A stretch of 64,000 bases of DNA from the NCBI GenBank assembly GCA_963770895.1, contig CAVYRF010000001.1, forward strand, positions 672,001 through 736,000, read 5' to 3'. Both the position numbers and the translations under genes were made by a program. Every line of letters begins with the position of its first letter. The first letter of the stretch is position 1. The notes beneath the pieces were generated by a model that was not told the origin of the DNA, ran no database searches, and saw nothing but the letters and a program-made list of their open reading frames with translations. Below, in pieces: positions 30,501 through 38,389 of this stretch. This stretch comes from an uncultured Acidobacteriota bacterium (GTDB lineage: Bacteria; Acidobacteriota; Thermoanaerobaculia; Multivoradales; UBA5704).

Positions 30501-33500
30501 GACGTACCAGCGCTGCACCGTCGCCTGCGCGCCGCACCAGCGGCCGCCCTCGACGTCTTTGTCCGGCGACAGCTTGCAGCTGCAACGCTCGGCATTGACG
30601 TCGCCGCGGGCGCAATCGGGATCGGCGCCGAAGAACTTGATGAACTTGGCGTGCAGCGGCCCGGTTTCGGCGCCGCCGGCGCGGATGAAGTTACCCTTGT
30701 TGAAGGCGTTGATGCGCTCGACCACCTCGTCGGGCGCCAGCGTCCCGTCCTCGTAGTTCCAGCCGTTGGCGGCGCCGTCCGACGAGGTGACGTCGAACTT
30801 CACCAGGTGGATGTGCTGGCCCAGGATGTCGGTCGGCGTGCGCACCTGGAAGTCGTCCAGCTCGTACGTCTTGGGCACCAGGTTGGCAAGCACGTAGTGC
30901 ACGCAGTCGTTGGAGTTGGCGCGCATGAAGAACGGCTCGGGCGGCTTGCGCAGCGTCGTGCCGCGCAGACCCATGAAATCGAACACGTCGCCCCACAGCG
31001 CGGTCATGCGCTGCTGCGGATAGTGCCAGCCCTCCTTGTTGAACACCGCGTCGGTCTGAAAGTCGGCTGCCCAATACGACAGGCGACCCATGCCGGCCGG
31101 GACGTTGCCGTCCATGTCGACGCACGGATCGGCGTAGGGCGCGCCCGACACCGCCTTGTTGCCGTTGGTGCGGAATTCCGAGGGCGTCCCTTCGGGAGTG
31201 ATCGTCTTGTGCTCTTTCTCCTGGTGGAACGCCATCGCGACCTTTTCGATCGCGGTGCCGTTTTCGGGCAGCTCCAGACCGTTGGCTTTTTCGACTTCCT
31301 TGCTGTAGTCGAGCGGGTTGATCGCCGCCGCGTGCGCCACGCCGTCGGGCTCCACGATGTGACGCGGCAGGCCGCCGTCCAGCGCTTCACAGACGCCCGC
31401 CGAGCCGGCGCAGGCCGCGTGCCATTCGCTGCACGGTTCGCCGCTGTTCGAGCATGCCAGCGCGAAGTCGAGCGGCGGATGCGGCGCGCGGGTGCCGGCC
31501 ACGCCGGGGATGAAGAACGGATAGCCGGGGTTCTTGAACTTGTCGCCGGCGCCGGCGGCGTCGGTCGCATAGATGCAGTCGGTGAAGTTGAAATCGGTGC
31601 AGACCTGGACCTTGGTTTCGACCTTGCCGGGCTGGTCCGGCACCGGCGTGTGCACCAGGCGCACGGGGGCCGGCTCCGGCGCCATGGCCAGGGTCGGCAG
31701 CGGCACGATCGCCGGAGTGGGCGTGCCGGCCACGATCTCGGCGTCCGGCAGGGCGCGCGAATCCTTGGTCGGAATGCCTTCCGGATAGTGATTCAGCGCG
31801 GTGCCGTCTTCGAAGGTGTCGTGCACCCGCCACAAGCCCCACATGCCGGCGGCGAAGTGCGGGTAGAAGTGGCAATGGAAGATGGAGTCGCCGACGGTCA
31901 GGTTCTTGTTGCCGGCGCCGCGGTGCACGGTTTCAAGCGTGAAGCCGGTGCCGGGTCCGATCGCCTGGCTGTCCAGGTAGTGGCCGTCCGAGCTGTTGGG
32001 CGAGTGCAGCCACTGGTGGGCGTGCAGGTGGTGCAGGTGGTGCAGGTCGGAGCCGCCGTGCAGGATGCGGAAGTGGGTGTGGTCGCTCAGGTAGGCGTGG
32101 TACACGTTGGACGGATCGTCGGGGTAGTACGCCTGCGTGGCTGGTTGCTGCTTCGTGCAGCTGTACTTGGTGTAGTCGTTGGGAGCCGGGTTGGGGCAGC
32201 CGGCGTCGGCCTGGCTGTTGACGACCATCGCCGGATCGCCGTTGGGCCACGAGCTCAGGAAGAACTCTTCGTACTTGCAGTCGGTGCAGCCCGCCGTGGG
32301 CCCGACGTCGAAGCGGTTGGCCAGGATCTCGGAGCCGATGCCACCCATGCCGTAGTTGATCGCGAAGGTGTCGGAGACGCTCACCAGCGAATTGACCAGC
32401 TGCGGCGCGCCGTACAGGCCGGCGAAGGCCTGCGTGGTGTTCAGCATCTCGTGATAGATGATGGTGAACTCGCGGAACGGTTCCAGCCGGTCGGGCGAAA
32501 CCGCGATCTCGTGGAAGCTGGGCAGCGCCTTGTCGCTGTCGGGGAAGCGGCCGGCGTGCGGACCGGTGATGATCGCCGTCAGGTCGCTGTGCACGATCTC
32601 GTGGCCGTCGAGCATGGCCAGGATCGGCAGCCCGCTGTGTGCATGACCCTGGGGATACCGCTTGGTGTAGTCGATCTCGGGGAGCTTCGCGGGATCGGGA
32701 CGCGTGCAGACGCCGTTGTCCCACGTGCTGTCCTTGCTCGCCAGGCACAGGTCTTCGTGGTTCACCTGGCTGCGGTACCACTCGGCGCCGGCAGGCTCAA
32801 CGATCAGCGCGCCGAACAGCCCCTGCTGCAGCTGACCGCCGTCGCCGTTGCCGCCGTCGGCCAGGCTGAACGTGTCGCCGGTGCTGTACAGCAGGAATTC
32901 CCCTTCTTCCGGGGCATACAGCTGATACGTGATCGGCGGCAGGCCAGGCAGAACCAGGCTGCCGGTGCCCCCGGGCGGGGTGCCCTGGCCGTTCAGGCCG
33001 ACCCACGATCCGTCGTCGGCCGGCCGGTTGAACCAGTTGAGCCCCTGCACGTGCACGCCGGTGGCGCGGGTGGAGGGCTGGCCGGCTTCGGGCGTCGGCG
33101 ACACCAGGTTGCGGAACTCCACCTGCAGGCACTGCCCGCGGTTGACCCGCAGCACCATCGGCCGGGCGCGCTTGTACTTTTTCAGCTGCACCTGGCCCGC
33201 CTGCCAGGTCGTCCAGTCCGCCGTGTTGGCGTTGGTCGACGTCTTGCTGGACGGTTCGACGTCGCCGGCCAGGGCATAGATCATTGCGTTGGGGAGGGAT
33301 GCCCCCAGGCGGTTGGCGGTGATGGTCGCGTCGAGCGCCACCACCCGCGCCGTGACCGTCTCCGTGCACGGCGCGCCGCTCTGCGCCATGGCGCCTGCCG
33401 GCACCATCCATGCGGCCAGCATCAAAAGGGCCGCGGGCGCCCACCGCGAAACACTGCAAGCAAAGGTGGGCCAAAGTGTACGACGGAGCACTGCCGAGCT

Positions 33501-33506
33501 CTCCAT
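27597..33506 (-). CDS. mnxG: Giant secreted multicopper oxidase, MnxG-type (putative Mn(II) oxidase)
   Basis: About 1970 aa with a signal peptide. Copper-ligand motifs HHLHHLHAH, HCHFYPHFAAGM, QHIH, THDHFGPSTHQ. RBS GGGAGGAG just before ATG 33506. Confidence 0.8.
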   Translation of the reverse strand: MESSAVLRRTLWPTFACSVSRWAPAALLMLAAWMVPAGAMAQSGAPCTETVTARVVALDATITANRLGASLPNAMIYALAGDVEPSSKTSTNANTADWTTWQAGQVQLKKYKRARPMVLRVNRGQCLQVEFRNLVSPTPEAGQPSTRATGVHVQGLNWFNRPADDGSWVGLNGQGTPPGGTGSLVLPGLPPITYQLYAPEEGEFLLYSTGDTFSLADGGNGDGGQLQQGLFGALIVEPAGAEWYRSQVNHEDLCLASKDSTWDNGVCTRPDPAKLPEIDYTKRYPQGHAHSGLPILAMLDGHEIVHSDLTAIITGPHAGRFPDSDKALPSFHEIAVSPDRLEPFREFTIIYHEMLNTTQAFAGLYGAPQLVNSLVSVSDTFAINYGMGGIGSEILANRFDVGPTAGCTDCKYEEFFLSSWPNGDPAMVVNSQADAGCPNPAPNDYTKYSCTKQQPATQAYYPDDPSNVYHAYLSDHTHFRILHGGSDLHHLHHLHAHQWLHSPNSSDGHYLDSQAIGPGTGFTLETVHRGAGNKNLTVGDSIFHCHFYPHFAAGMWGLWRVHDTFEDGTALNHYPEGIPTKDSRALPDAEIVAGTPTPAIVPLPTLAMAPEPAPVRLVHTPVPDQPGKVETKVQVCTDFNFTDCIYATDAAGAGDKFKNPGYPFFIPGVAGTRAPHPPLDFALACSNSGEPCSEWHAACAGSAGVCEALDGGLPRHIVEPDGVAHAAAINPLDYSKEVEKANGLELPENGTAIEKVAMAFHQEKEHKTITPEGTPSEFRTNGNKAVSGAPYADPCVDMDGNVPAGMGRLSYWAADFQTDAVFNKEGWHYPQQRMTALWGDVFDFMGLRGTTLRKPPEPFFMRANSNDCVHYVLANLVPKTYELDDFQVRTPTDILGQHIHLVKFDVTSSDGAANGWNYEDGTLAPDEVVERINAFNKGNFIRAGGAETGPLHAKFIKFFGADPDCARGDVNAERCSCKLSPDKDVEGGRWCGAQATVQRWYVDPTLNDAGQDNTLRTVFTHDHFGPSTHQQIGLYAALVAEPTGSVWHNNENGSQLGDRTSTQNGVTIKDGGPTSWEAVIQGKQTDQSFREFLFAFQDSMLVYRPTGATAKPVLPPLKNCPTGAACGFCANDHSQACSTEPSSTVYYTKVCKEVDLPIPDPKTANSYFGNSKLPKACNYVPGIPSDGSLFFASSGAKVTTFGNIFGLPPTDPRLATLRKIGWKDTLPIDPPPSGIVVPQGGVATGAGKAAASKAATSTPPGKVEPPSPMNKIVTSSADVAADASQGFPTQGKPSQPELITLNGATQNFSVNYRNEPIYPRIHSTGAAGVNDLSNVYESIPRVLPGAHKSPYAPLTPGVHADDPFTPLLRTYAGDDVQMRIVVGAHQNPHNFHLNDGKWLFEPSNVNSGWRATETMGISEHFEYLMKVPTDLQEARTPAPSQTTHNAAKDWTDYLYRPTGAKQGQTAGNWGLMRAYNKPLPDLFPVPGATPPAAASVCPAALMKDDCGATDGKGHTLRCYGVVATTAKDAFGGTTLAYNTKLGWYAPDAILYFTQADYNALKAGKPVPGYDAKAGLAEPLVLRAAAGDCIRVTLHNRLTAATTLGQGFSSGQEPVNGVSAASRNIFIPSNTSHSVGLHPQLVSYNAQQSDGANVGFNPKQTAAPGQSVTYFWYAGNIDLAATDPHVPVEFGATNLLPSDVVNHHPYGMFGSLIIEPEGATWTTDPGSHTSATVTAGGHTFREFVLETQDDGVIFTAPSGGTRIGAGGFGAFNLRTEVLNQFADARRTCKANPNGDFSCLLSDQATCPNGACGFSANVPIQTPLFCATKGDAVRFRVVHPGGAVTNEVFELYGHTFSEEPYFTHSDHCQAPLTHTNLYASQVIDADHNECPDGNLKLGPTMAEWKGSRVGVGPLTHFDVVVPSAGGTTPVAGDYLYRTFPAIHFAAGIWGIFRVLDGPPNPAYCPSMVAPQ

Positions 33507-33516
33507 ATCTCCTCCC

Positions 33517-33636
33517 GTTGGCAAGTACTACCAGCCGCTGACCCCTACGCGATCGGCCCATCTTGGAGGTCAGGTCCCCCCAAAGGCCATGGATCAGAAT
33601 CGCGGCATAATCACTGTGTTGGCGAGTACTTTAGCA
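33517..33636 (-). promoter_or_regulatory. Oxidase upstream region: extended -10 TGcTAAAGT and a 13-bp direct repeat
   Basis: GTTGGC(A/G)AGTACT at 33517 and 33618. TAAAGT on the minus strand at 33628-33633. Confidence 0.4.
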
Positions 33637-33747
33637 CGTGACGAGGCGCACCCGCAACGCCTCGATCACCCCCTCGCGCCCCCGCCCCGCGCGCCCCCGC
33701 GAGCGACGCGCGGGCGCCACAGTGCGCCGCCGCGCCGGAGAAGGCGG

Positions 33748-36204
33748 CTAGGTCAGCAGGCCGAGGCGCTTGATGGCGGCTTGCAGGGTGTCGATGGTGA
33801 CGGGCTTGGTGAGGTGGATGGCGAAGCCGGCGGCGCGGCTGCGGCGGAGGTCTTCGTCGCGGCCGTAGCCGGAAAGGGCGATGCCGCGCAGGGCGTAGCG
33901 GCCGGAGAGGCGGCGCATGAGGTCGTGGCCGTCGCCGTCGGGGAGACCCGGGTCGCTGATCACCAGGTCGATGCCGCCGCGGTCGGCCGCGCGCACGGCG
34001 TCCGCGATGGTGCCCGCGACGCTGACTTGCAGGCCCAGCAGCCGGAGGAGCTGATCGATGGCCTCGGCGGTGTCGGCGTGATCTTCGACCAGCAGGATGT
34101 GGCCCTGCGGCGCGGCCGGCACGCTGACGGCGGGCGCCGCGCCGGACGTCGCCGTCGCCGGCATCGCCGTCGCCGGCGGCGCCGTGGCGGCCGCGACCGA
34201 TGCGACCGATGCGTACGATGCCGACTGTGCGTCCGCGGCAGGCGCGCCGGCGTCCGCGTGCCCGGCGCCCGCCGCGGCGAAACCGGACGCGGCGTCGAGC
34301 AGCGGCAGCAGCACGGTGAAAGTGGCGCCGCCGTCCTGGCCGGGGCTGGCCGCGGTCAGGCTGCCGCCGTGGGCGGCGACGATGGCGCGGCTGATGGCGA
34401 GCCCCAGGCCCAGGCCGCCGAAGCGCCGGGCGGTGCCGGACCGGCCCTGGTCGAAGGCGTCGAAGATGTGCGGCAGCGCCTGGGCCTCGATGCCGATGCC
34501 GGTGTCGGCGATCTCGATCGCCAGGTTGCGCGGCGGTGGCTGCTGCTGGTGCCGGTGCTCCGGCCGCTCGCGATCGGATGGGGCGGCGGCGCGGGGGGCG
34601 ATATCGGAGCCGGGGGCGCCGGGAGCGCCGGCACCGGCGACGGCGGCGTCGGGGGCGGGCGCCGTGGCGACGAAGGTGCGGATGCGGATGGTGCCGCCGG
34701 CGGGAGTGAATTTGACCGCATTGCTCAACAGGTTCCAGAAGACCTGCGCCAGGCGTGCCGGGTCGCCCCAGACCAGGTGCTCTGCGGCGCCCAGGTCGCT
34801 GGTCAGGTTGCGCGCCGCAAGCTCCCGTTCGCCGCAGGTTTCGCAGGCCTGGCGGAGGACCGACCGCAGGTCGGTCGGCTGGCTGTGCAGCTCCAGCTTG
34901 CCGCGCGTGCTGCGGGTCAGGTCCAGCAGGTCGTCGATCAGCCGCGCCTCCAGGTCGATGTTGCGGCGGATGACGGCAAGGTCGGCCTGCAGCGGCGGCG
35001 GCAGCGCGGCGTCGGCCTCCAGCTTGGAGGCGATGGCCAGGACCGGAGTCAGCGGCGTGCGCAGCTCGTGGCTGAGGGTTGCCAGGAAGTGGTCCTTGGC
35101 GTGGTTGGCGGCTTCCAGGTCGCGGTACAGGCGCGCGTTGTCCAGGGCCACGGCGGTGCGCCGGGCCAGCTCGATGGCGACCGTCAGGTCCTCGTGCTGG
35201 TGGCTGCGGAGGGAGTCGCCATAGACCAGGTGCCAGACCCCCAGGGTGCGGTCGCGTGCCACCAGCGGCAGGCTGACCAGCGAGCAGGGGGAGAGGGCGG
35301 CGACGATCGCCGTGCCGGGACCGGCCGCCAGCGCGGCGGGGATCGCCGCCGCCGATCCGTTGGCGAGCAGCACCGGCTCGCCCGTGCGCATGACGGCTGC
35401 CGCGACCGACCCGTCGTGCCACGCGGGCGGCGTGGACTGCAGCTCGGTGAGCTGGCGCTGGCGCTCGCTGTCGGGCGACTTGCTGACGACGCGCTGGCCG
35501 TTGGAGCCGCGGTCCTTCAACAGGTCGATGACGCACCAATCGGCGAGCCTGGGCACCGCCAGCCGGGCGCCGGTTTCCAGCGCTTCGCCGGGCCCCAGCC
35601 AGGCGGACAGCAGCTCGCCGGCGTCGGCGAGCAGGCGCAGGCCGTCTTCGGCGCGCTTGCGCTCGGTGACGTCTTCGACGAAAGCGACAAACCCCAGGAC
35701 TTCGCTGCCATGGACGTGCGGCACGAAGCTGGCGCGCAGGCAGCGCTCACCCAGGTCATTGCCCAGGGGGGCCCAGCGCTCGCACGAAATCTGGCGCCCG
35801 GCGAGCGTCGCGTCGATCGCCTCCTTGAGCACGCCGAAGGCGCCCTCGCCCAGCACCTCCGCCATGGTCCGTCCCGAGATCTGGTGCACCGGCATGCCGA
35901 ACCAGGCCTCGTAACGGCGGCTGTTGAAGCGGTAGCACAGGTCGCGGTCGACGTAGGCGACCAGCGCGGGCAGCGAATCGGTCACCAGGTGGAGCTGGCG
36001 GATGAGGTCGGCGGTATCGAGCGTGTACACCTGCTCGCCGCCGGGCGCAAGCATCACGAACGCATCCACCTCGCCGCGGCGGATGGCGCTCACCGTCTCT
36101 TCGGGCTCGGCCAGGCGCGCCCGCAGCTCGGCAATTTCTACCAGCAGCTCCTGGCGGGATTTGGCGGCGTCGATGGCGTCGGTGGCGGCGTTGGCGTCGG
36201 TCAT
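33748..36204 (-). CDS. Hybrid sensor histidine kinase (coiled-coil/PAS/GAF/HisKA/HATPase/REC)
   Basis: LSHELRTPL, NLLSNAVKFT, DTGIGI, GLGLGL, receiver LLVEDH...ISDPGLPD...KP. Confidence 0.93.
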   Translation of the reverse strand: MTDANAATDAIDAAKSRQELLVEIAELRARLAEPEETVSAIRRGEVDAFVMLAPGGEQVYTLDTADLIRQLHLVTDSLPALVAYVDRDLCYRFNSRRYEAWFGMPVHQISGRTMAEVLGEGAFGVLKEAIDATLAGRQISCERWAPLGNDLGERCLRASFVPHVHGSEVLGFVAFVEDVTERKRAEDGLRLLADAGELLSAWLGPGEALETGARLAVPRLADWCVIDLLKDRGSNGQRVVSKSPDSERQRQLTELQSTPPAWHDGSVAAAVMRTGEPVLLANGSAAAIPAALAAGPGTAIVAALSPCSLVSLPLVARDRTLGVWHLVYGDSLRSHQHEDLTVAIELARRTAVALDNARLYRDLEAANHAKDHFLATLSHELRTPLTPVLAIASKLEADAALPPPLQADLAVIRRNIDLEARLIDDLLDLTRSTRGKLELHSQPTDLRSVLRQACETCGERELAARNLTSDLGAAEHLVWGDPARLAQVFWNLLSNAVKFTPAGGTIRIRTFVATAPAPDAAVAGAGAPGAPGSDIAPRAAAPSDRERPEHRHQQQPPPRNLAIEIADTGIGIEAQALPHIFDAFDQGRSGTARRFGGLGLGLAISRAIVAAHGGSLTAASPGQDGGATFTVLLPLLDAASGFAAAGAGHADAGAPAADAQSASYASVASVAAATAPPATAMPATATSGAAPAVSVPAAPQGHILLVEDHADTAEAIDQLLRLLGLQVSVAGTIADAVRAADRGGIDLVISDPGLPDGDGHDLMRRLSGRYALRGIALSGYGRDEDLRRSRAAGFAIHLTKPVTIDTLQAAIKRLGLLT

Positions 36205-36246
36205 AGGTCCAGCGTTGGTATCTCGGGCGGGTCGCTGGACCGCGCA

Positions 36247-36588
36247 TCATCTCCGCGGCAGCACATCCAATCCCACCAGCACCCGTTCCGTCTGTGACAG
36301 GTCGCCGATGATCTTGCGCATCGGCGCCGGCAGCTTCCTTACCAGGGTCGGGATCGCCAGGATCTGGTCCGCCCGCGCCAGGTGCGGGTTGGCCATGAGG
36401 TCGATCACCTCGACCCGATATCTCCCTGCAAGATGCTCGCCGCAGATCTTTTTGAGGTTGCTGAGCGCCGCCATTGAGCGCGGGGTCTGGCCGGCGACGT
36501 AGAGCCGCAGGTCCCAGGTTCCCTCCTCCTGCTCGGGCGGGAGCGATGGAGGCGATGGAGACGAGGTGGTCTGGTCGTGGTTGCTCAT
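36247..36588 (-). CDS. kaiB: Circadian clock protein KaiB homolog
   Basis: [17 protein letters not shown]...VEVID...[23 protein letters not shown]. Start overlaps the kaiC stop. Confidence 0.95.
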   Translation of the reverse strand: MSNHDQTTSSPSPPSLPPEQEEGTWDLRLYVAGQTPRSMAALSNLKKICGEHLAGRYRVEVIDLMANPHLARADQILAIPTLVRKLPAPMRKIIGDLSQTERVLVGLDVLPRR

Positions 36589-38372
36589 AGCCGTTCCTTC
36601 CGAGCCGGCGAGCGGCCGCCGGCCCCCTCTGTCTGGCGCTTTTGCGCCATGTCCTGCCGCAGGCGGGCGTCGTCTTCGCGGCGGCGTTGCTCGCCGGCGA
36701 GCAGCGCCTCCAGGCGCTCCTCCTCGACTTTGAATTCGTGGCGCAGCAGGGCGATGCGGTTTTCCACGTCCTCGCGCTTGAGCTCCACTTCGCGCCGCCG
36801 CCGCTGCACCTCCAGCTGCCAGTCCGCCATCTCTTTGTCCTGTCGCGCCTGCTCCGCGGTGCGCGCCGAGCCGACCAGGATGCCGGCAGGACCTACAAAA
36901 ACCTCCGACAGCCGGATGCCGTGGTCGGTCAGCAGCAGCTCGCGCGTCTGCCGCGAGTGACCCATGCCGCGCGACTTGAACAGCGACAGGGTGCGGTTGC
37001 GCTCGCCGCCCGCTTCGACGTCGCTCAACACCAGCCAGCTGTCGATCAGCGACGAGACGCCGACCACGGATTCCTGTTCGTTGCGGTGTGGCGTCGTCAG
37101 GCTGGTGTACAGGGCGGTGACGCGGCGCTCCTTCAGGAAGTCCAGCAGCCGCACCAGCAGCGACCGCACGTCGTTGGCGGAGCTGGTGGACAGGAAGGTG
37201 CCGATCGAATCGATCACGACCATCTGGGCGTCGGTGTCGCGCACCGCGCGGTGGATCACCGCCAGATGGCTTTCCAGGCCGTGCAGCGTCGGCCGCGCCG
37301 CGTGGAAGCGCAGCAGCCCCTCGCGCAGTGGGGTTTCCATGTCGAGGCCGATCGATGCCATGTTGCGCACCACCTGGTCGTGCGACTCCTCGAAGGAGAA
37401 ATAGAGGCACTTTTCGCCGCGCTTGCAGGCTGCGGCGACGAAGGACGACGCCAGGCTGCTCTTACCGCTGCCGGCAACGCCGGAGATCAGGACGCTGCTG
37501 CCGCGGTAGAAGCCGCCGCCCAGCATGGCGTCCAGGTCCGGCACGCCGCTCGAGATCCGCTCGCGCGACACCTTGTAGTCGAGGCCGGCGGCGGTGATCG
37601 GCAGCACCTCCAGGCCTTCGCTGTCGATCAGGAAGGGGTATTCGTTGGTGCCGTGGGCCGAGCCGCGGTACTTGACGATGCGCAGGCGGCGCGTCGCGAT
37701 CTGGTCCACCACCCGATTGTCCAGCAGGATGACGCAGTCCGACACGTACTCTTCGATGCCGAAGCGGGTGAGCGCGCCGTCGCCGCGTTCGGCGGTGATG
37801 ATCGCCGTCACGCCGCGGTCCTTGAGCCAGCGGAAGAGTCGCCGCAGCTCGGCGCGCAGGATGGCCTGGTTGGTGAGACCGCCGAAGAGCGCTTCCAAGG
37901 TGTCCAGGACAACCCGTCTGGCGCCGATCGCGTCGATGGCGAAACCCAACCGGATGAACAGCCCCTCCAGGTCGTAGTCGCCGCTCTCCTGGATCTCGCC
38001 GGGTTCGATGTGCACGGTGTCGACGGTCAGCAGGTGCTGCTTCGCCAGGGCGTCCAGGTCGAAGCCCAGCGAGCGGACGTTGGCGCTCAGCTCGTCGGCG
38101 TTCTCCTCGAAGGCCAGGAAGACGCCGGGTTCGCCGCACCGCGTCGCGCCGTGCACCAGGAAGTGCATCGCCAGGAGCGTCTTGCCGCACCCGGCGCTGC
38201 CGCACACCAGGCTGGGCCGGCCGGCCGGCAGGCCGCCGCCGGTGATCTCGTCGAGACCGGCGATGCCGGTGGCGGCCTTGGGCAGCGCGCCGGCGGCGGT
38301 CTGCACGCGGCTGTGGCTGACGGTGGTCGGCGGCGGTGCGGGCCGCTGGTCGCTGTCCGTCGTCTTGCTCAT
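36585..38372 (-). CDS. kaiC: Circadian clock protein KaiC homolog (double ATPase, C-terminal coiled coil)
   Basis: Two Walker A motifs ([16 protein letters not shown]), two FEE motifs, KYRGS and KSRGM arginine fingers, phosphosite region GVSSLID. Confidence 0.95.
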   Translation of the reverse strand: MSKTTDSDQRPAPPPTTVSHSRVQTAAGALPKAATGIAGLDEITGGGLPAGRPSLVCGSAGCGKTLLAMHFLVHGATRCGEPGVFLAFEENADELSANVRSLGFDLDALAKQHLLTVDTVHIEPGEIQESGDYDLEGLFIRLGFAIDAIGARRVVLDTLEALFGGLTNQAILRAELRRLFRWLKDRGVTAIITAERGDGALTRFGIEEYVSDCVILLDNRVVDQIATRRLRIVKYRGSAHGTNEYPFLIDSEGLEVLPITAAGLDYKVSRERISSGVPDLDAMLGGGFYRGSSVLISGVAGSGKSSLASSFVAAACKRGEKCLYFSFEESHDQVVRNMASIGLDMETPLREGLLRFHAARPTLHGLESHLAVIHRAVRDTDAQMVVIDSIGTFLSTSSANDVRSLLVRLLDFLKERRVTALYTSLTTPHRNEQESVVGVSSLIDSWLVLSDVEAGGERNRTLSLFKSRGMGHSRQTRELLLTDHGIRLSEVFVGPAGILVGSARTAEQARQDKEMADWQLEVQRRRREVELKREDVENRIALLRHEFKVEEERLEALLAGEQRRREDDARLRQDMAQKRQTEGAGGRSPARKERL

Positions 38373-38389
38373 GGCGTTGGTCTGGCGCC

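Noticed and set aside
33618-33636. Sigma54 promoter for the oxidase (TTGGCG...TTAGC)
   Set aside because: GG-to-GC spacing is 11 rather than 10, and it is on the wrong strand for the oxidase.
27462-33641. 2059-aa plus-strand ORF
   Set aside because: Antisense shadow of the multicopper oxidase, with no motifs. Long shadow ORFs are expected at this GC and codon bias.
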